Below, one piece after another: positions 14,357 to 29,409 of a DNA stretch of 64,000 nucleotides; the stretch's first letter is position 1; every line of letters starts with the position of its first letter. The DNA is taken from assembly GCF_009914755.1 (NCBI RefSeq), contig NC_060928.1; one strand, 5' to 3'. The notes below the pieces were generated by a model. It was not told the DNA's origin, made no database searches, and saw only the letters and a program-made list of their open reading frames with translations. Made by a program: the position numbers and the translations under genes. This DNA is from the human T2T-CHM13v2.0 reference genome, Homo sapiens.

Positions 14357-15904
14357 CTCATAGGGTAGCAATAGAAGATAAGGCTCCACATTTTGACAAA
14401 GCTTTTAGCTCTCAATAGGAAGGCAAAACTTCTGAGGAATAAGATCCCAAAATTCCTTCTTTAGAAGAACAGAAACAATGTGCGTGGGCTAAGGGTGAGA
14501 ATTTCCCCTGAAACCAGATTGTATGAAGAAGTGTGGAACACCACAAGTAAGCTATGTTTACAGAAAACAGTCTGTTCATTTAGGAGGAGGGAGTGAAAGA
14601 GACTCTGCATTATCAGCAGCTGTGCTGCCAAACAGGGGGCCAGGAGTAAGGAAATGCTAAAGGAATGTCCTCTCACACTCAATGCTGCTCCATGAAAATT
14701 ATTCCTGCAAGCTGGAAGTAGAGTTCTGATTCCTCCTTCTCTAACCAACTCCCACAACCCTCCTTCCCCCACACAAACAACACTTCCTACAAACAACAGA
14801 CTCAAGAGGAAATAAAGAATCAGCAATGATAAAAAAAGAAGAGGCAAAGAATCTATGCAAAACATTGCAAAAAGAATAAAAGAAGCAGGCAACACAAGAG
14901 GCAGATGAAGACAACATAGAAAAAAATAGTGCAAAGACATTGTGATGACATCAAACTTAAACAACCAATTTCATAAGACCTCAAACGGGAAGTATAGCAG
15001 CTCAGGAAGAGTATAATAAAAAAAAATCAGATAGAATGTGAGCTAGAGAAAATTTTTAAAAAACTAGATAAAGAAAATTACCACAGGAAAACCATATTAG
15101 TTGCACCAGAAAGACACAGCTTGAAACAGTACGTTTCAAACCCAGAAACAAATAGTTTTAAATGTAATTTTAAAACATATTTTTAATAGGAACAAAAATA
15201 AGCAGACAATATTATGAATTCCATATTAAAGATTTCTCAGAAAGTCAAATAAAAAAGTGAAATGGTAAAATGTATTTTGGAAATCAGATTACAAAATAAA
15301 CAAAAGTGAATGGCGAGTTAAGAAATCTAATTTGAATAAAAGCGTTACTTCTATCTTAGCAGGCTGGAATGTTCTGAAATGCTATTTTCTTCATTGCAAA
15401 GGATACGAAGCATGGTTCCTCCCTAAGGATTCTTACCAGATAGGAGCGACACTAAAATAATTTTACTATACAGTTGTTTATAAGCCTAAAGAAGGCAGGA
15501 TGGAAAGGCAGCCAATGACCTTATCCCACAAGGCTATGAGAATGTATTGTTATACTGCCAGGTGGACCTGGCAGAGTGTCTGAAATTACATAGGTAAACA
15601 ATAAATGTTAACTTTCAACTAAGCTGTGGGAGTGCTTTTTGCTTGTGTATATGCAATACACATGCACATAAATACATGTAAATACATAATGTCCATGTGT
15701 CCGTGATTGCATTTTGATACAGAGAGTATTGGATAATGATGTTGATTGCAAGCAACAGAATCATTATGATTAATTTAAGCAGAATAATAATTTATTAAAG
15801 GATTTAGCCAACTCATAGAATCATTGAGGTCTGGAAAAAGATTCTGGAGGCAAGCCTTACAGAGACATAATCACATTCCAGAATTTGTGTAGTAAAGAAA
15901 CTGC

Positions 15905-16251
<347 letters not shown>

Positions 16252-16444
16252 TCAGGAATTCAACTTTTCTCTTACAAATATTACAGAACTGGGGACACAT
16301 TTGCATCAAGAACTTGGCCAGGCACTCACTGCCAGCCCAAAAGAATTAAGTTAATCTAAATTGAGACTTACATGGAAACATCTGCATCTTTACTGAAAGA
16401 CATACTGTTTACTTGAGGTTTTAATTCTATATTAGAGATGATGA

Positions 16445-16772
<328 letters not shown>

Positions 16773-18063
16773 TAATGTTGAGAATTCACTACATATAGAA
16801 AGGCAATAAAAAAAAAAAGAGTAGAGAGTGTTTGATAAGTGTCCACTGTATGCATGCATACCCGTCCTCCAGTTTTCTCCTAATGTTATATTAATAACTA
16901 ACTCACAGGGTTGCTGTGAATATTACAATATATTTTATATGTAGTCTTTAGAAGTGTGCCCTGCACATAAATACTACCTAAGTGTTCACTATCTTTCCTT
17001 CCGTCTACTTCCTTTTCTTCCTTTTTGCTTGGACCAATAAAGTAAATGGGTAAATGTTAATGTTGTTATTAAGAAAAATATTGAATGAGAATTATAATGG
17101 AGGTTTTTTAACCTGCAGCATCTTATAGATCATCTTCAGCTTTGTGTCCATTTTGGCATTGATTTCTCTTTAAATTGTTGACATCAAAATCCAACAATGA
17201 GCCAACTAGTGTTTCAGAAGGAGGCAAATTCAACTTTCTTTTTCTTATCCAATGCTTAGAGAAACTCTAGACAAATGTTCTATTATAGTTTATTGGAAAA
17301 TAAAACTCTATACTGAGAGTATAAAAATTCTCTCACTTCTACCAAACAAACAACAACAACACCACAAACCCACAAAACAAACAAAAAGTCCTAATTCAAT
17401 TAGGATTCTCATCAGACATTACTCCAGGCACAGTGTAACTAACATGTGCTTTGGAACTTGAGAGTAGGAGTTACCCTGCTGTCATAAATACTAGCAGTGC
17501 TACTCTGAGCAGTTATCTAACTCTCCATCTCAGTTTGCTTGAGGATAAAATTGGATTCATAAAACCTTACAGATAAATAAAAATGCAGACAATATATGAT
17601 ATTCACAGAGTGGCTAGCTTTGTGACCTCTTTTATCAGAAGCATAATGACTATTGGTTTCATGTACTATTATTTTCATAATATTCTACACCACTGTTTCA
17701 TGAAATTCATTAGAATTATTTCAGATGTTACAGTAGAGAAATATCATCTCTAGAAAAGTCAACAGTATTTAAAGAAATGGTCAGAGCGTTCACAAGTAAG
17801 AATTCAATAGCAAACTGTCTTGCTAAGTGGCAATGACAAACCATAAGTTCATAGAGTCAGGAGGGACCTTCAAATATGTCACAAATTCTCCAATTTTCAC
17901 AAATGATGATTCAGAAGATACAGAGTTTTTACAAGTATAAACCTTAGACTAAATTCCAGATCCACAATTTTCACAATAGTGTTATTTCCATTCTTACTCT
18001 CTAGATTTTCAATGTAAAACAGGGAGAATCTCAGATAGAATTGTTTTTCCCTTACTTTATATT

Positions 18064-20396
18064 CAGGCATACCTCAGAAACATTGTGGATTGCTTCCAGA
18101 CCGCAGCAACAAAGCAAATTTGCAATAGAATCATACAAACTTTTTGGTTTTCTAACACATATGAAAGTTATGTTTACATTATATTATAGCCTATTAAGTA
18201 TGTAATAGAATTATGTCTACAAAATGTACAGGGCTTAATTTAAAAAGTAGTTTATTGCTAAAAAATTCTAACTATCACCTGGGCCTTCAGTGAGTTAATC
18301 TTTTTGCTGGTGGAGTGTGTTGCCTTAGTATTGATGGTTGCTGACTGATCAGGGTAGTAGTTGCTAGAGGTTGGGGTGACTGTAGCAATTTCTTAACATA
18401 AAATAACAATGAAGTTTGCCACGTCAGTTGATTCTTCCTTTCATGACAGATTTCTCTATAACATACAATGCTGTTTTATGTCATTGGGTCCACAGTAGAA
18501 CTTCTTTCAAAATTAGAGTCAAGCCTCTCAAATTCTGCTATTGCTTTACTAACTAAATTTATGTAATATGCTGAGTTCTTTATTGTCATTTCAAAAATGT
18601 TTACAGCATCTTCACCAGGAATACATTCTCAAGACATCACTTTCTCTGCTTATCCCTAAGAAGCAACTCCTCAACTGCTCATTTTATTATGAAATTGCAG
18701 CAATTCAGTCACATCTTCAGGCTACACTTTTAGTTCTCATTCTCTTGCTACTTCCACATCTGCAGTTACTCCACTGAGGTCTTGACTCCCTCAAAGTCAT
18801 CCATGATGTTTAGAACTTCTTCCAAACTGCTATTAATGTTGATATTTTGACCTTCTTTCATGAATCGTGAATGTTCTTAATGACATCTAGAATAGTGAAT
18901 CTTTCCAGAATATCTTTCCTTACCTAGATTCATGAGGGAATCACTATCTATGACACCTATAGTCTTCCAAAATGTATTTCCTAAATAAGACTTGAAAGTT
19001 TAAATGACCCTTTGATCCATGGGCTGCAGAATTAATATTGTGTCAGCAGGCATGAAAATAACATTAATCTCCTTGCGCATCTCCATCAAAGCTCTTGGGT
19101 GATCAGATGCCTTGCCAATGAACAGTGATGTTTTAAAAGGAATCTTTTATTCCTGAATAGTAGGTCTTAAAAGTGAACTTAAAATATACAGTAAACTATG
19201 TTATAAACAGATGTGCTGTCATCCAGGTTTTGTTGTTCCAGGCATAGGCAGGGTATATTTACTATAATTATTAAAGGCTTTAAGATTTTCAGAATGGTGA
19301 ATGAACATTGGCTTCAACTTAAAGGTACTAGCTGCACCAGTCCCTATGAAGAGAATCAGCCTGTCCTTTGAAGCTTTGAAGCCAAGCATTGACTTCTCCT
19401 CTCCAGCTATGAAAATCCTAGACAGCATCTTCTTCCAATAGAAGCATTATTTTGTCTACATTGGCAACCTGTTGTGAAGTGTCACCACTTTCAATTATCT
19501 TAGCTCAACAACTTAGTCTGGGTAAGTTGTTGCAGTTTCTACATCATACTTTCACCATACACTTTTATGTTCTGGAAACAGCTTCTTTCCTTAAACCTCA
19601 TAAACTAACCTCTGCTAGCTTTCAACTTTTCACCTATCTTGGCGTTCATGGAACTGAAGAGAGTTAGGATCTTGCTCTGGATTAGGCTTTGGCTTAAGAA
19701 AATGTTGTGGCTGGTTTGATCTTCTATCTATACCACTCAAACTTTCTCCATATCAGCAATGAGGCCATTTTACTTATCATTCATGTGTTCACTGAAATGG
19801 CACTTTTAATTTCCTTAAGAAACTTTTCCTTTGCATTTACAACTTAGCTAACTGTTGGTGAAAGAGGCCCAGATTTTTGCCTGTTTCTTGTTGTGACATA
19901 TCTTCTCATTACGTTTAATCATTTCTAGCTTTTAATGTAATGTGAGATACGTGTGACTCTTCCTTTCAATTGAACAGTTGGCCATTGTGAGGTTATTAAT
20001 TGGCCTAACTTCAATATGGTTGTGTCTCAGGGAATAACGAAGCCCTGGAAAAGGGAGAGAGATGGGGAGGTTGGTCAATGGCGAAGTCAGAACACACACA
20101 CAATCTTTACTGATTAACTTTGCCATCTTGAATGGGTGTGGTTTGTGATGTCCCAAAAACTATGATGACAATAACAAAGACCACTGATCCAAGATCACCA
20201 TAACAGATATAATAATGAAAACATTTTAAATATTGTGATAATTGGGAAAATGTGACATAGAGACAAAAAGTGAGCACATGCTGCTGGAAAAATGGTGCTG
20301 ATGACTTACTCAGTGCAGGATTTTCACAAACCTATTTGAAAAAGTACACTCCATGCTGCACAGTAAAGTGAAGCACAACAAAATGATGCATGACAG
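18064..20396 (-). mobile_element. Near full-length Tigger1 DNA transposon (TcMar-Tigger/pogo), decayed
   Basis: Terminal CAGGCATACCTC at 18064 and degenerate opposite end followed by TA at 20397; transposase fragment at 19219-19428 (SRIFIAGEEKSMLGFKASKDRL…FKLKPM). Confidence 0.92.
19219..19428 (-). pseudogene. Tigger1 DDE transposase fragment (frameshifted)
   Basis: Similar to the Tigger1/TIGD1 segment MPSRTFIAREEKSMPGFKASKDRLTLL; the frame is not open on either side. Confidence 0.85.
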
Positions 20397-21939
20397 TAGT
20401 CTATGCAACATTTTCCAGGGCTTTATTGAAATTCTGTACATGCCTGCAGACAGAAAGAAACAAAGGAGTGTGATTCTTAAGCTTACCAACCAATAGTTAA
20501 TATAACACAGTTAAAGAAAAACAATAATGCAAACTGAATTTCATAAACTACAACATTGAGGGAAGATGTAAAATAACCTGTCATAAATTCTCTTCTAAAA
20601 ATTCTCATAACTTATTTTTTGTAAAGAAGTATGGTATTTAAAATACAGGTTATTATTAACTAGTATTATTAAATATGATTGTGAATGTATTAACAGTAAA
20701 TATATTTTCAAATATGTTTTGTACTTTAATTACACCTTTAGAAGTTGTGACATTTTAACTCTAGACCTTTTAATCTTACTTACACATTTCCCTATTGTAA
20801 AGTTTCACAACATTTACATTAATTATATTGTTTCTGCTTCCACATAAGCTAACATATGTGCTAGAAGATCACATGCTTTAGAGACTTACAGTAACTTCAT
20901 TTTGAATGAGTAGTACCAACTAAAAAATTCCTTGATGGAGAAGAGTGATAAATGTATATACAAAAATTAGATATGTTTCCTTTCTTTTAAGGCACAAATA
21001 TATCCACAAGTGTTCCTGAACTTTTATTTAATTTTGAATGAAGAACAGAAAATTCACTAAATGTTTCCTCTAAGCAAAAATTTAATTCAATAAGATAAAG
21101 ATACATGGCTTAGAAGATGACAATAGATATATAACCAAAAATTATTGATAATAATGATAATCTTTTACCCCTCAAAACTGGATATACTATGTGAATTTTT
21201 AAAACATCTATTTCATAAATAAAAATGACCTATAAGAATATCTGTTTGGTTAGGTATATACTGACCATAAATAAGTATTACAGTGAAAAAATAAAGTAGT
21301 TCGGTATTACACTAATTTACCGTAATATTAGGGCCATTAGAAATTCCTTTGCAATTTTGGGGGAAAATACTTATTGCTTATATATCCTAACATGCATAGA
21401 ATTGTGGTATAATATTGATACAGTATTTATATTTACCTAATCCACAAAAGATCTTTTGCTGTCTGGCCATGTTTTATGTAACAAGAAGGCATCTCTCATA
21501 TACATAAAAAACTTAGAATACTAAGCTAGCACTTACTAAATTATTTATAACTACCCATTTCTCCTTTGTGTTGGAGGAAAAGAGTCTTGTATTTATTTTG
21601 ACAAGAAGACCTATCATTTTCATTTGTTCAAAAGAAAAGCCATTATAATCTGACACTGAAATCAAGGGCACTTCCATCAGGACAGGTTTGAAAATTTACT
21701 TCCAAGTTGCAACATCAGTGCATAATTTCTGTTTCTTTTCAATTTGGCATACACTATGCTAACATGTTGACCTCTGCCTCTTTGGATCCTATGAAATATT
21801 TCTCTGATTTTGTTATTTCCTTCCCATTTTCTTTTAAGACAATTCCATTTTAAGACAATTGTCTTACTTCTCCTTAAAACTTTGTCTTTTCAGTCTTTCT
21901 TTCTTTCTTTCTTTCCTTATTCCTCTTCCTTCTTACTTA

Positions 21940-22610
21940 CTCATTTGTTCATTCATTCCCAAAATTATCATACTTTTTCTGTACTGCAGCACCAAAACTA
22001 TGGTAGATGCTCAGAATGGGTGTGGTTGGTAGGAGAAAAAAGAGCTTAGCCTTATAGCTTAGAGTCTACTCGGGGTACAGAAAGGTAAGCACACATCATT
22101 AACCTATGATACGGCTGGAATACTACTGTGGTGTGCAATGGGAGCTCACAGGGTTTCTTAACTCAGATGCAAGTGTGTTTCAGAGGCCTGGGGTGTTATG
22201 CAATGCACATCAGCTGAAATAACATTTAAATGGATCATTGAAGCATGAAGGAGGGTTCAGTAAAGAAATGAACAAACAATATCCAGAAGAGATAAATTAT
22301 TATTTGTGACTACTCAAAGGTGAGAGACAACATAGTGTATTGGATTAACAAATAGAAATAGAAAATAACACATAGAAAATACATATTTCAGAAAGGCTAA
22401 AGAGGCTCATATGATTAAGGATCAAGAATGGGGCTGGTGTTGGATTTGCTGCTTAGAGTGAATATTGGTGTGAAATGAGACAGGAGGCACAGTAGGGTCA
22501 GATCAATATGGGATGCTGTAAAATATATTAAAAGATATGCTTTTATACAAAGAAAAGTGAGCATCCATTTTGCCCTTTATGCAGAAGCCATAAAATGATG
22601 ACATTCATGT
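21940..22610 (-). mobile_element. L2 LINE relic
   Basis: tcatttgttcattcatt reverse L2 tail followed by purine-rich L2-like body. Confidence 0.55.
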
Positions 22611-22619
22611 GTACAACCC

Positions 22620-23249
22620 TGAGAACAGTTCCTTTAACCTATGTCTCCTTCTCGAAACTCTCTTTAACTCTGCATCCTTACATCCACTATCCTAAGAAAC
22701 TATCTTACTGGAAAGCCCCACACACATAGCTATATTAACATGTCCAGATGTGTCTTCATCTTTCTCATACCACAAAACCCACTCTTTCTTGTGTACTAAA
22801 CTCCATACCTTAGGGAAGACAATAATCTTTCACTTATATACCAAAGTCAGAAAAATGAAAGTGCTCTTTAACGTTTGCATTTCTCTTAGCCTCACACTTA
22901 ATCACTTGCTAAGTGCTATTAATTTTGCTTCCTTAAAGTATTAAAAAAAAGTTTCCACTCTTTATTATCTCAACAGCAATTACTTTTAGGTAAGAACATG
23001 AGTATTTTTTCACATTGGTTATCCCAATAGCCTCTAACTGATGTCCGTGTCTTTTGACTTTTCCTGCATTAGTGCATCATTCACATTCCCACAGAGTAAC
23101 CCTTCAAAAAAAAGTAAACCAAATTGTGCCAGGTCAGAATCATGGTTAAGCAAGCTGTCTCTTGAATCAGATGGTCTGGCTTCTAGGACGGTGTAAACAT
23201 TTTAAGTCTCTCTCTTTATAGATAAGTAGATAGATAGATATATCTCCAC

Positions 23250-23288
<39 letters not shown>

Positions 23289-23302
23289 AATGATAGATAG
23301 AC

Positions 23303-23333
<31 letters not shown>

Positions 23334-23915
23334 TAGATAGATGTGCAAAATAGAAAAAAAACACCCAGTAGCAACTACTTTATAAAACTGATTAAATGAG
23401 GCAGTATATGTAAAGTTCTTCGTATAGAGCCTGGAACATATTATTATTCTCAAGACCACTTAAAATAGTTCAACTGTTTTCATTTACAGACTAAAACTGT
23501 GGTATATGAGATACTTCATAATTTCAAATAGTCTCATCAGACTGTATTCCCACATGGGCTGCAGCAATGCAAACAGATGACAGCTCTCTAAATACACTGT
23601 GCTTGTTTATACCTGTGTGCCTTCACACACAGTTCTCTGTGCTTGGATTAAAACATGTCCCTGCTCTCCTTCTCTTCCTGGTTGACTCCTAATTATCCTT
23701 ATTTATTCAGATTAGGAATCACCATCTCTAAGCAGCCTACCATACATCTCCATCATAGCCCAAGGAGAACAGGTACCTCTCCACTGGAGTTCCACAGACC
23801 CCTATCATAGAACTTATCACACTGTAGCCATGTATTATGGTTTCCAGTCTGTAATCTTGATACTCAGCAGAGTTACTGACATATAACAAGTGTTTTATAA
23901 ATGCTCATGAAAGAA
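22620..23915 (+). mobile_element. L2 LINE relic interrupted by a MIR and a microsatellite
   Basis: L2-like body ending …gacatataacaagtgttttataaatgctcatgaaagaa; MIR-like pieces at about 23130-23200 and 23370-23450. Confidence 0.5.
23207..23342. repeat. Compound STR (TAGA)n/(TA)n(GA)n/(CAGA)n
   Basis: Seen directly. Confidence 0.95.
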
Positions 23916-24589
23916 AGGCAGGAAGGAAGTACAGACTGCATCTTTCATTACATAAGTAACTCATTGTTTAAGAAGTTGTTTCTGCTGATCATGTACCAAG
24001 TCTCCCTGCCGCAAAATACTTTATCATTGTAACTCAGTAATTAAAAGTCCTATATAAAGTTTAGATTAAAGGATCATATTTTAAAATTCTGTTAAATGCA
24101 CTCATGTGACTCATATTCTATGTTCTCATCATTCTGATGTACTGGAATTCTCTGAACACTCCCTGTTATTACTCCTCATCTTTACATATATCCTTCCTTG
24201 TGATGAACAATATAATTCACCTGAAATACAACCTCTCTCTCTCCCTCTGCTTTTCTCAACACCCCACCCCTCTCCCCACCAAAAACATTCCAACTTCCAC
24301 AGAGGTCATTTTCTAGATTTCAAATGGGCTCTTACTGTGGTCTCTTATAGCACACTGTACTTCGTTTATCACTTAAGTTATTCCTTTGTCTGGCTCTGTA
24401 TCAAGCCACCTGGTACAATAAACCATGTTCTTGCTCCTTCATCATAGGCCGTAAGAAATTCTCTCTGTGGGTGAAGTGTTTCTTTGTAGTTGTAACAAAT
24501 CACAGGAGAGATGCTAAAGAAAGCTGATTATACATCCCAGAATACCTCAATATTCTTTTCATACATTTGTACATATTTCTTCTACTTAT

Positions 24590-25445
24590 TAAAAAAAAAA
24601 AAACTTAACTGTAAAACAGCCTCAGGCAGGTGCTTCGGGAGACATTCCAGAAGAAAGCATTGTTATCATAGGAGATGACAACTCTAAGCATGTTATTGTC
24701 CGAAAGACCTTTCAGTGGCACAGATGTGGAGGTGGAAGACAGTGATATTGATGATCCTGACCCTGTGTAGGCTTAGTCTAATGTGTGTGTTCATGTCTTC
24801 ATTTTTAGTGAAAAATTTTAAAAAGTAAAAAGAAAATTAAAAATAGAAAAAGCTTATAGAATAATAAAAGTGTTTATGTATAGCTCTATATATTTGTTTT
24901 AACATAAGTTATTACAAAAGAGTGAAAAAAATTAAAAAGTTTATAAAGTAAAAGTTACAGTAGGCTAAGATTAATTCATTATTGAAGGGAAAAATATTTT
25001 ATTAATTTACTGTAGCCTAGGTGTATAGTGTCCTTAAAGTCTATAGTAGCATACCGTAATGTCCTATTGACTCACCACTCACTCATTGACTCACTCAGAC
25101 CAACTTCCAGTCCTGCAACCTCCACGCATAGTAAGTGCTATTTAGTGGTGTACCTTTTAAAAAATGTGTTAGACCATATTTTTACTACACTTTTTCTGTG
25201 TTTAGATATGTTTAGATACACAAATACTTACCATTGTGTTACAATTGCTTACAGAATTCAGTGTAGTAACATCCTGTAGAGGTTTGCAGCCTAAGAGTAA
25301 TAGGCAATACCATATAGCCTAAATGTGTAGTAGGCTATACATCTAGATCTGTGTAAGTACACTCTGCAACATTTGCACAACAATGAAATCACCTAACAGT
25401 GTATGTTCCAGAATGAATCCATATTATTAAGCTACGTATGATCAG
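24590..25445 (+). mobile_element. Tigger3 (Golem; Tigger3b-like) DNA transposon, 5'-truncated
   Basis: cagcctcaggcagg…gtgatattgatgatcctgaccctgtgtagg and terminal tgtgtaagtacactct…ttaagctacgtatgatcag. Confidence 0.85.
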
Positions 25446-25764
25446 ATTAACTCAACTATATTCTAGATTTTAGGCTCTGTAGAGACACACATTTGTTTTA
25501 TTGCTACTATTCTCTCATTGTCAAATAAAGATCTTCACAGAAAATAAATGCCTGGTACATATTGACTCAGGGAATAAATAAATATCTTATTTAGAATCAA
25601 TTATAATATTTATATCAATTATTCCTTAGTTGAAAGACAATACATTGAAGAAATATCTAGAGGAAAGAAACTTTTTCTTACTTTACAATATCACTTAGAT
25701 ACTTCTCCATGACTCTATAGAACACTCTTGTTTCTACTTGAGCTTATGTTGTGAATATCTTCCA

Positions 25765-26276
25765 TGAGCCCCATCCAGAACCACCGTTCACTCTTCTTTA
25801 TCAGTTCTGTGCCCCAGGAGGCTCATCACATGGACTTCATGAACACTTTGGCTTCTGGTTGAGTTCAGCCGTGAGACTCATGGCAGGAAATATAGAGGAT
25901 GGATTAGATTGAAGTCAAAGTAATTATTCCCCCAGCTCCTTCTGTGCCAAATGGTATAGGCTGGTTGGATTTTTCACCAACACCACCACTCTGGTGGTCC
26001 TGGTAATAGATACTACATTTTGTCTCATTATTGCCCTTTTCATGTTATCCCTATGGGTGATAAAAGCTTCCTGCTGTTACTAGCCATGAGGGCGCAGTAC
26101 TGTCACACCTTGATAATCATTTATTAACTCTAGAAGTACTGAATTTGAGTGTGTTATTTAATTTCTGCCAAGCATCTGAATAAGCACAGTTACACTTGAT
26201 AATCATTTATTAACTCTAGCAGTGCTGAAGTTGAATGTGTTATTTAATTTCTGCCAAGTGTCTGAATAAGCACAGT
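25765..26276 (+). mobile_element. LTR33-like ERVL LTR with duplicated 3' end
   Basis: ctgtgccccaggaggct…ggcttctggttgagttcagcc…tttgagtgtg…tttctgcca motifs. Confidence 0.6.
26105..26276. repeat. 86-bp tandem duplication, diverged
   Basis: cttgataatcatttattaactctag starts at both 26109 and 26195. Confidence 0.95.
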
Positions 26277-26774
26277 ACTATTCCCATCATACTATGAGCT
26301 TGAACTTCTCTCCCCCTACCTTGGCTTTAAGTATCTGAGGGAAAGTAACTTTCATAAGGACTTTTAGAAACATATCTAATCCTTGCTCATCTATTCTTCC
26401 TGGCAATTAAGTGTGGCCTTGTTCTTAAGTTCCAACCCAATAGAATGTGACCAAAAGTGATGAGTGCCTCTTTGGGATCTGAACCATTGAAACCTCCCAC
26501 AAACATGTCTTCATTCCATTTTCCACTTCCACAGACTAATGGAGATGAGTCCCAGGGAGATCTTGAATATACATGTTAAAAGTGACAATACATCAAGTAT
26601 CGCTTAGCAAATTAGAAAATTCTATTGCATTCAAGCCATTATGCATTTTATTCCTCTTAATAATACAGAAATCATGTTTGATTATACTGGAATAGTGTTG
26701 GGAACATAGGACTTATCTACAGTCAAATTGAATATGAACTGCATATGATTGTCATATTCACCTACATGTTCATT

Positions 26775-27030
26775 TATTTTAAAAATTTTGTTATGTTTCT
26801 ATTGCATGCCAGGCATTGTTCTGTATACTGGAAATAAATCACTGAACAAAAGACAAATCCCTTATCCTCATGGATCTTACATTCTAGTAGGGGAAACAGA
26901 TTTTTAAAATGTAGATACATAAGATAATGCTGCACAATAAGTATTATGAAAAAAATAGAAGGAATGGAAAGAAATAGAAAGTGCCAGGTGGTCAGGAAAT
27001 GGTTCACCAGAAAGAAGAAATTTGAGCACA
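26775..27030 (-). mobile_element. L2 3' end relic
   Basis: tgccaggcattgttct…tgaacaaaagacaaatccctt…ctcatggatcttacattctagt. Confidence 0.7.
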
Positions 27031-27721
27031 GTGAATACTTGCTCATCAGGAAACACACTATCTGGATTTTATGTTCTAATTTGGCCAACTTGGCACAAGT
27101 GTATCTAACCTTAGGCAGGTAACCTCTTGTGGTCTTAGTTTTCTCATGGTAGAAAGATTATAGCAGTGCCTACAATATTTTGCTAATGTGAAGATTACAT
27201 TAAATAAATTTAAGTTATTTAGCCTATTTATTAGTATATTATAAAGTCATATTTTTAAAAAGTAGTTCTTTTTGTACTATTGTTAAAGGCTCAGAAGCCA
27301 GGAACAAGCATGAAGACCCTACAAACTTGAAAATTCTTCAAAATGAGAAAAAGAGGTAGCTATTGATAAGGTAAAAAAAAAAAACAAAGAGAAATTTCCC
27401 ATAGTAAGTTTGCCTCAGGGTAGGCAATGCCTTTCTTAAGCTATTTTCTTTAGAGCTTCTAATTCAATAGAAGAAAAATTTTCTGTTGATAATTCTGGAA
27501 TGGATGGGCTCCACAAGAGCCATTTCTCACTTTTTTAAAAAAAGCAACAACAAACAAACAAATAAGCAAACAAGACCAGATCAACAATTTAGATTATTTA
27601 TAGGAAGGGAAGCAAATAATGTGGACCTTCCCAAGAGTGTAGCTTGGAATTGGACATGGTATAAGAATTAACACTCATTAGCTCACAAGTAACTGATACC
27701 ACTGGTGCTTTTCTTTACTAT

Positions 27722-28305
27722 TAGTCTATTACTTTCCTATTGCTGCCACAACAAATGACCACAAGTTTAGCAGCTTAAAACAACACAAGTTTATTATCTT
27801 ACAGTCCTGTAGGTCAGAAGTCTTAACATGGGTCTTACTGGGCTCAAATTAAGTTGTCAACAGGGCTAGATTTTTTCTGGAGGCTCTCAGGGAGAATCCA
27901 TTTGCTTACTCATTGTTGACAATTTAATTATTTGCAGTGGTACGACTGGGATCCTTTTTCCTCACTGGCTGTCAGCTAAGACCTGTTCCTAGATTGTAGG
28001 GGTTTCTTGCATTCCTTGGCTCAGGTCCCTTCTTCTTCCATCTTCAAAATTAGCAGCAATGTATTGAATCTCTCCTTTCTCCTTCTATCCTCCCGTTGGA
28101 TTGACTCTCTTGACTATCTCTTCCACTTTTAAGAGTCTTATGTAGTTAAATTAGCACCCCTGGATAATCTGGGTAATCTCCCTGTTGTATAATCCTTGAT
28201 CTTAATTCCATCTGCAAAGTTACTTTTGCCATTAAGGTAGTATATTCTCAGATTACAAAGGTTAGGATGTGGGTATCTTTGGAAGCCATCGTTCTGCCTA
28301 CCACA
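27722..28305 (-). mobile_element. MLT1D/E-type MaLR solo LTR
   Basis: tttcctattgctgcc…cagcttaaaacaacac…ttctgcctaccaca. Confidence 0.85.
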
Positions 28306-29409
28306 GATTACATATTAAATAATATTTTTCAGCTGATTTTGAAAATTAATCGGAGTCAGTTTAATTAATATTTTAATTTGTGACTTTAATAACTAATTTA
28401 AAGAATTTGCCTTTCAAGGTAACCAGAGATGTTTTTGTATTTTTACTTGTAAATTCTGAACTTTACTCAGCTAAATTTTGAACCTTAATTCATGTGTATT
28501 ATTAATTAAATTACATCACTTAATTAATTAATACAATATCATGCATTACCCAATGAATCTGTGTTTCATTCATTATTGAATTCTAACTAAGGAAGAAAGT
28601 TATAGGCTATTTAATGAAAATTATGATGGCCACTGGTTTAATATATAGATACATTTTAAAGTAATATAAATAAAACATAACTTTTATTTGTTTTATATTT
28701 GACACATATATATTTTATATTCGATAGACCTTGTTTTTGAGCATAAGAAATAAGCATAATATATTTTTTATTTATAAGCGAGTGTGATAGCTGTTGTAAA
28801 ATAGATTCTATCAATCTCTTGGGAGGGTGTTTCAGTTCCAGTAAAACTTGCCCTTTCACTGTCAAGATATTGAGCGAATAGTAATTATTGAAATTCTAAG
28901 TAGAATTGTTGAGCACAGGAATGGGTGTCAGGGAATAATAATTTCATGTCCCCCATATAGCCATTAGCCTCCAAGGTTCTTAGTACCTTTACTCATGGAA
29001 AATCAGGAGGTTACCTTGTATAAATGCTTTTAAATTTATATGACTATGATTGCTTTCAAGTCATTTCTTTAATGAATATCTAGCTACAGGTGAAATGAAG
29101 AGATAAAGATATTAACGAAATTGTTCCCATTACAGAAAGAAAAAATACACAAGAAAAGAATCTCATAAGTTTAATAAGTGATGACAATTTATTTGATCTA
29201 AATATGTTGTTTATAGTGAGGTTAACTCCTAGAGACTGACTCTAAATCTCACACTATGCAGAAGTTGCTTGGTGTTACGGTTTGTCTGCATTCATTTGAT
29301 GCTTGCTTTTCCTATTATTTTTTTCCACATGGGCTATTATATTGATAAATCAAAAGAAAAAAGATCAAATAGACAAAGCAACAAAGCATTAAAGTGCTCA
29401 CTTCAGGGT

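Noticed and set aside
14461-14964. 167-aa hydrophobic ORF on the minus strand
   Set aside because: It is the antisense of an A-rich tract (possibly a decayed L1-like relic); the Leu/Phe bias is compositional and there is no recognisable domain.
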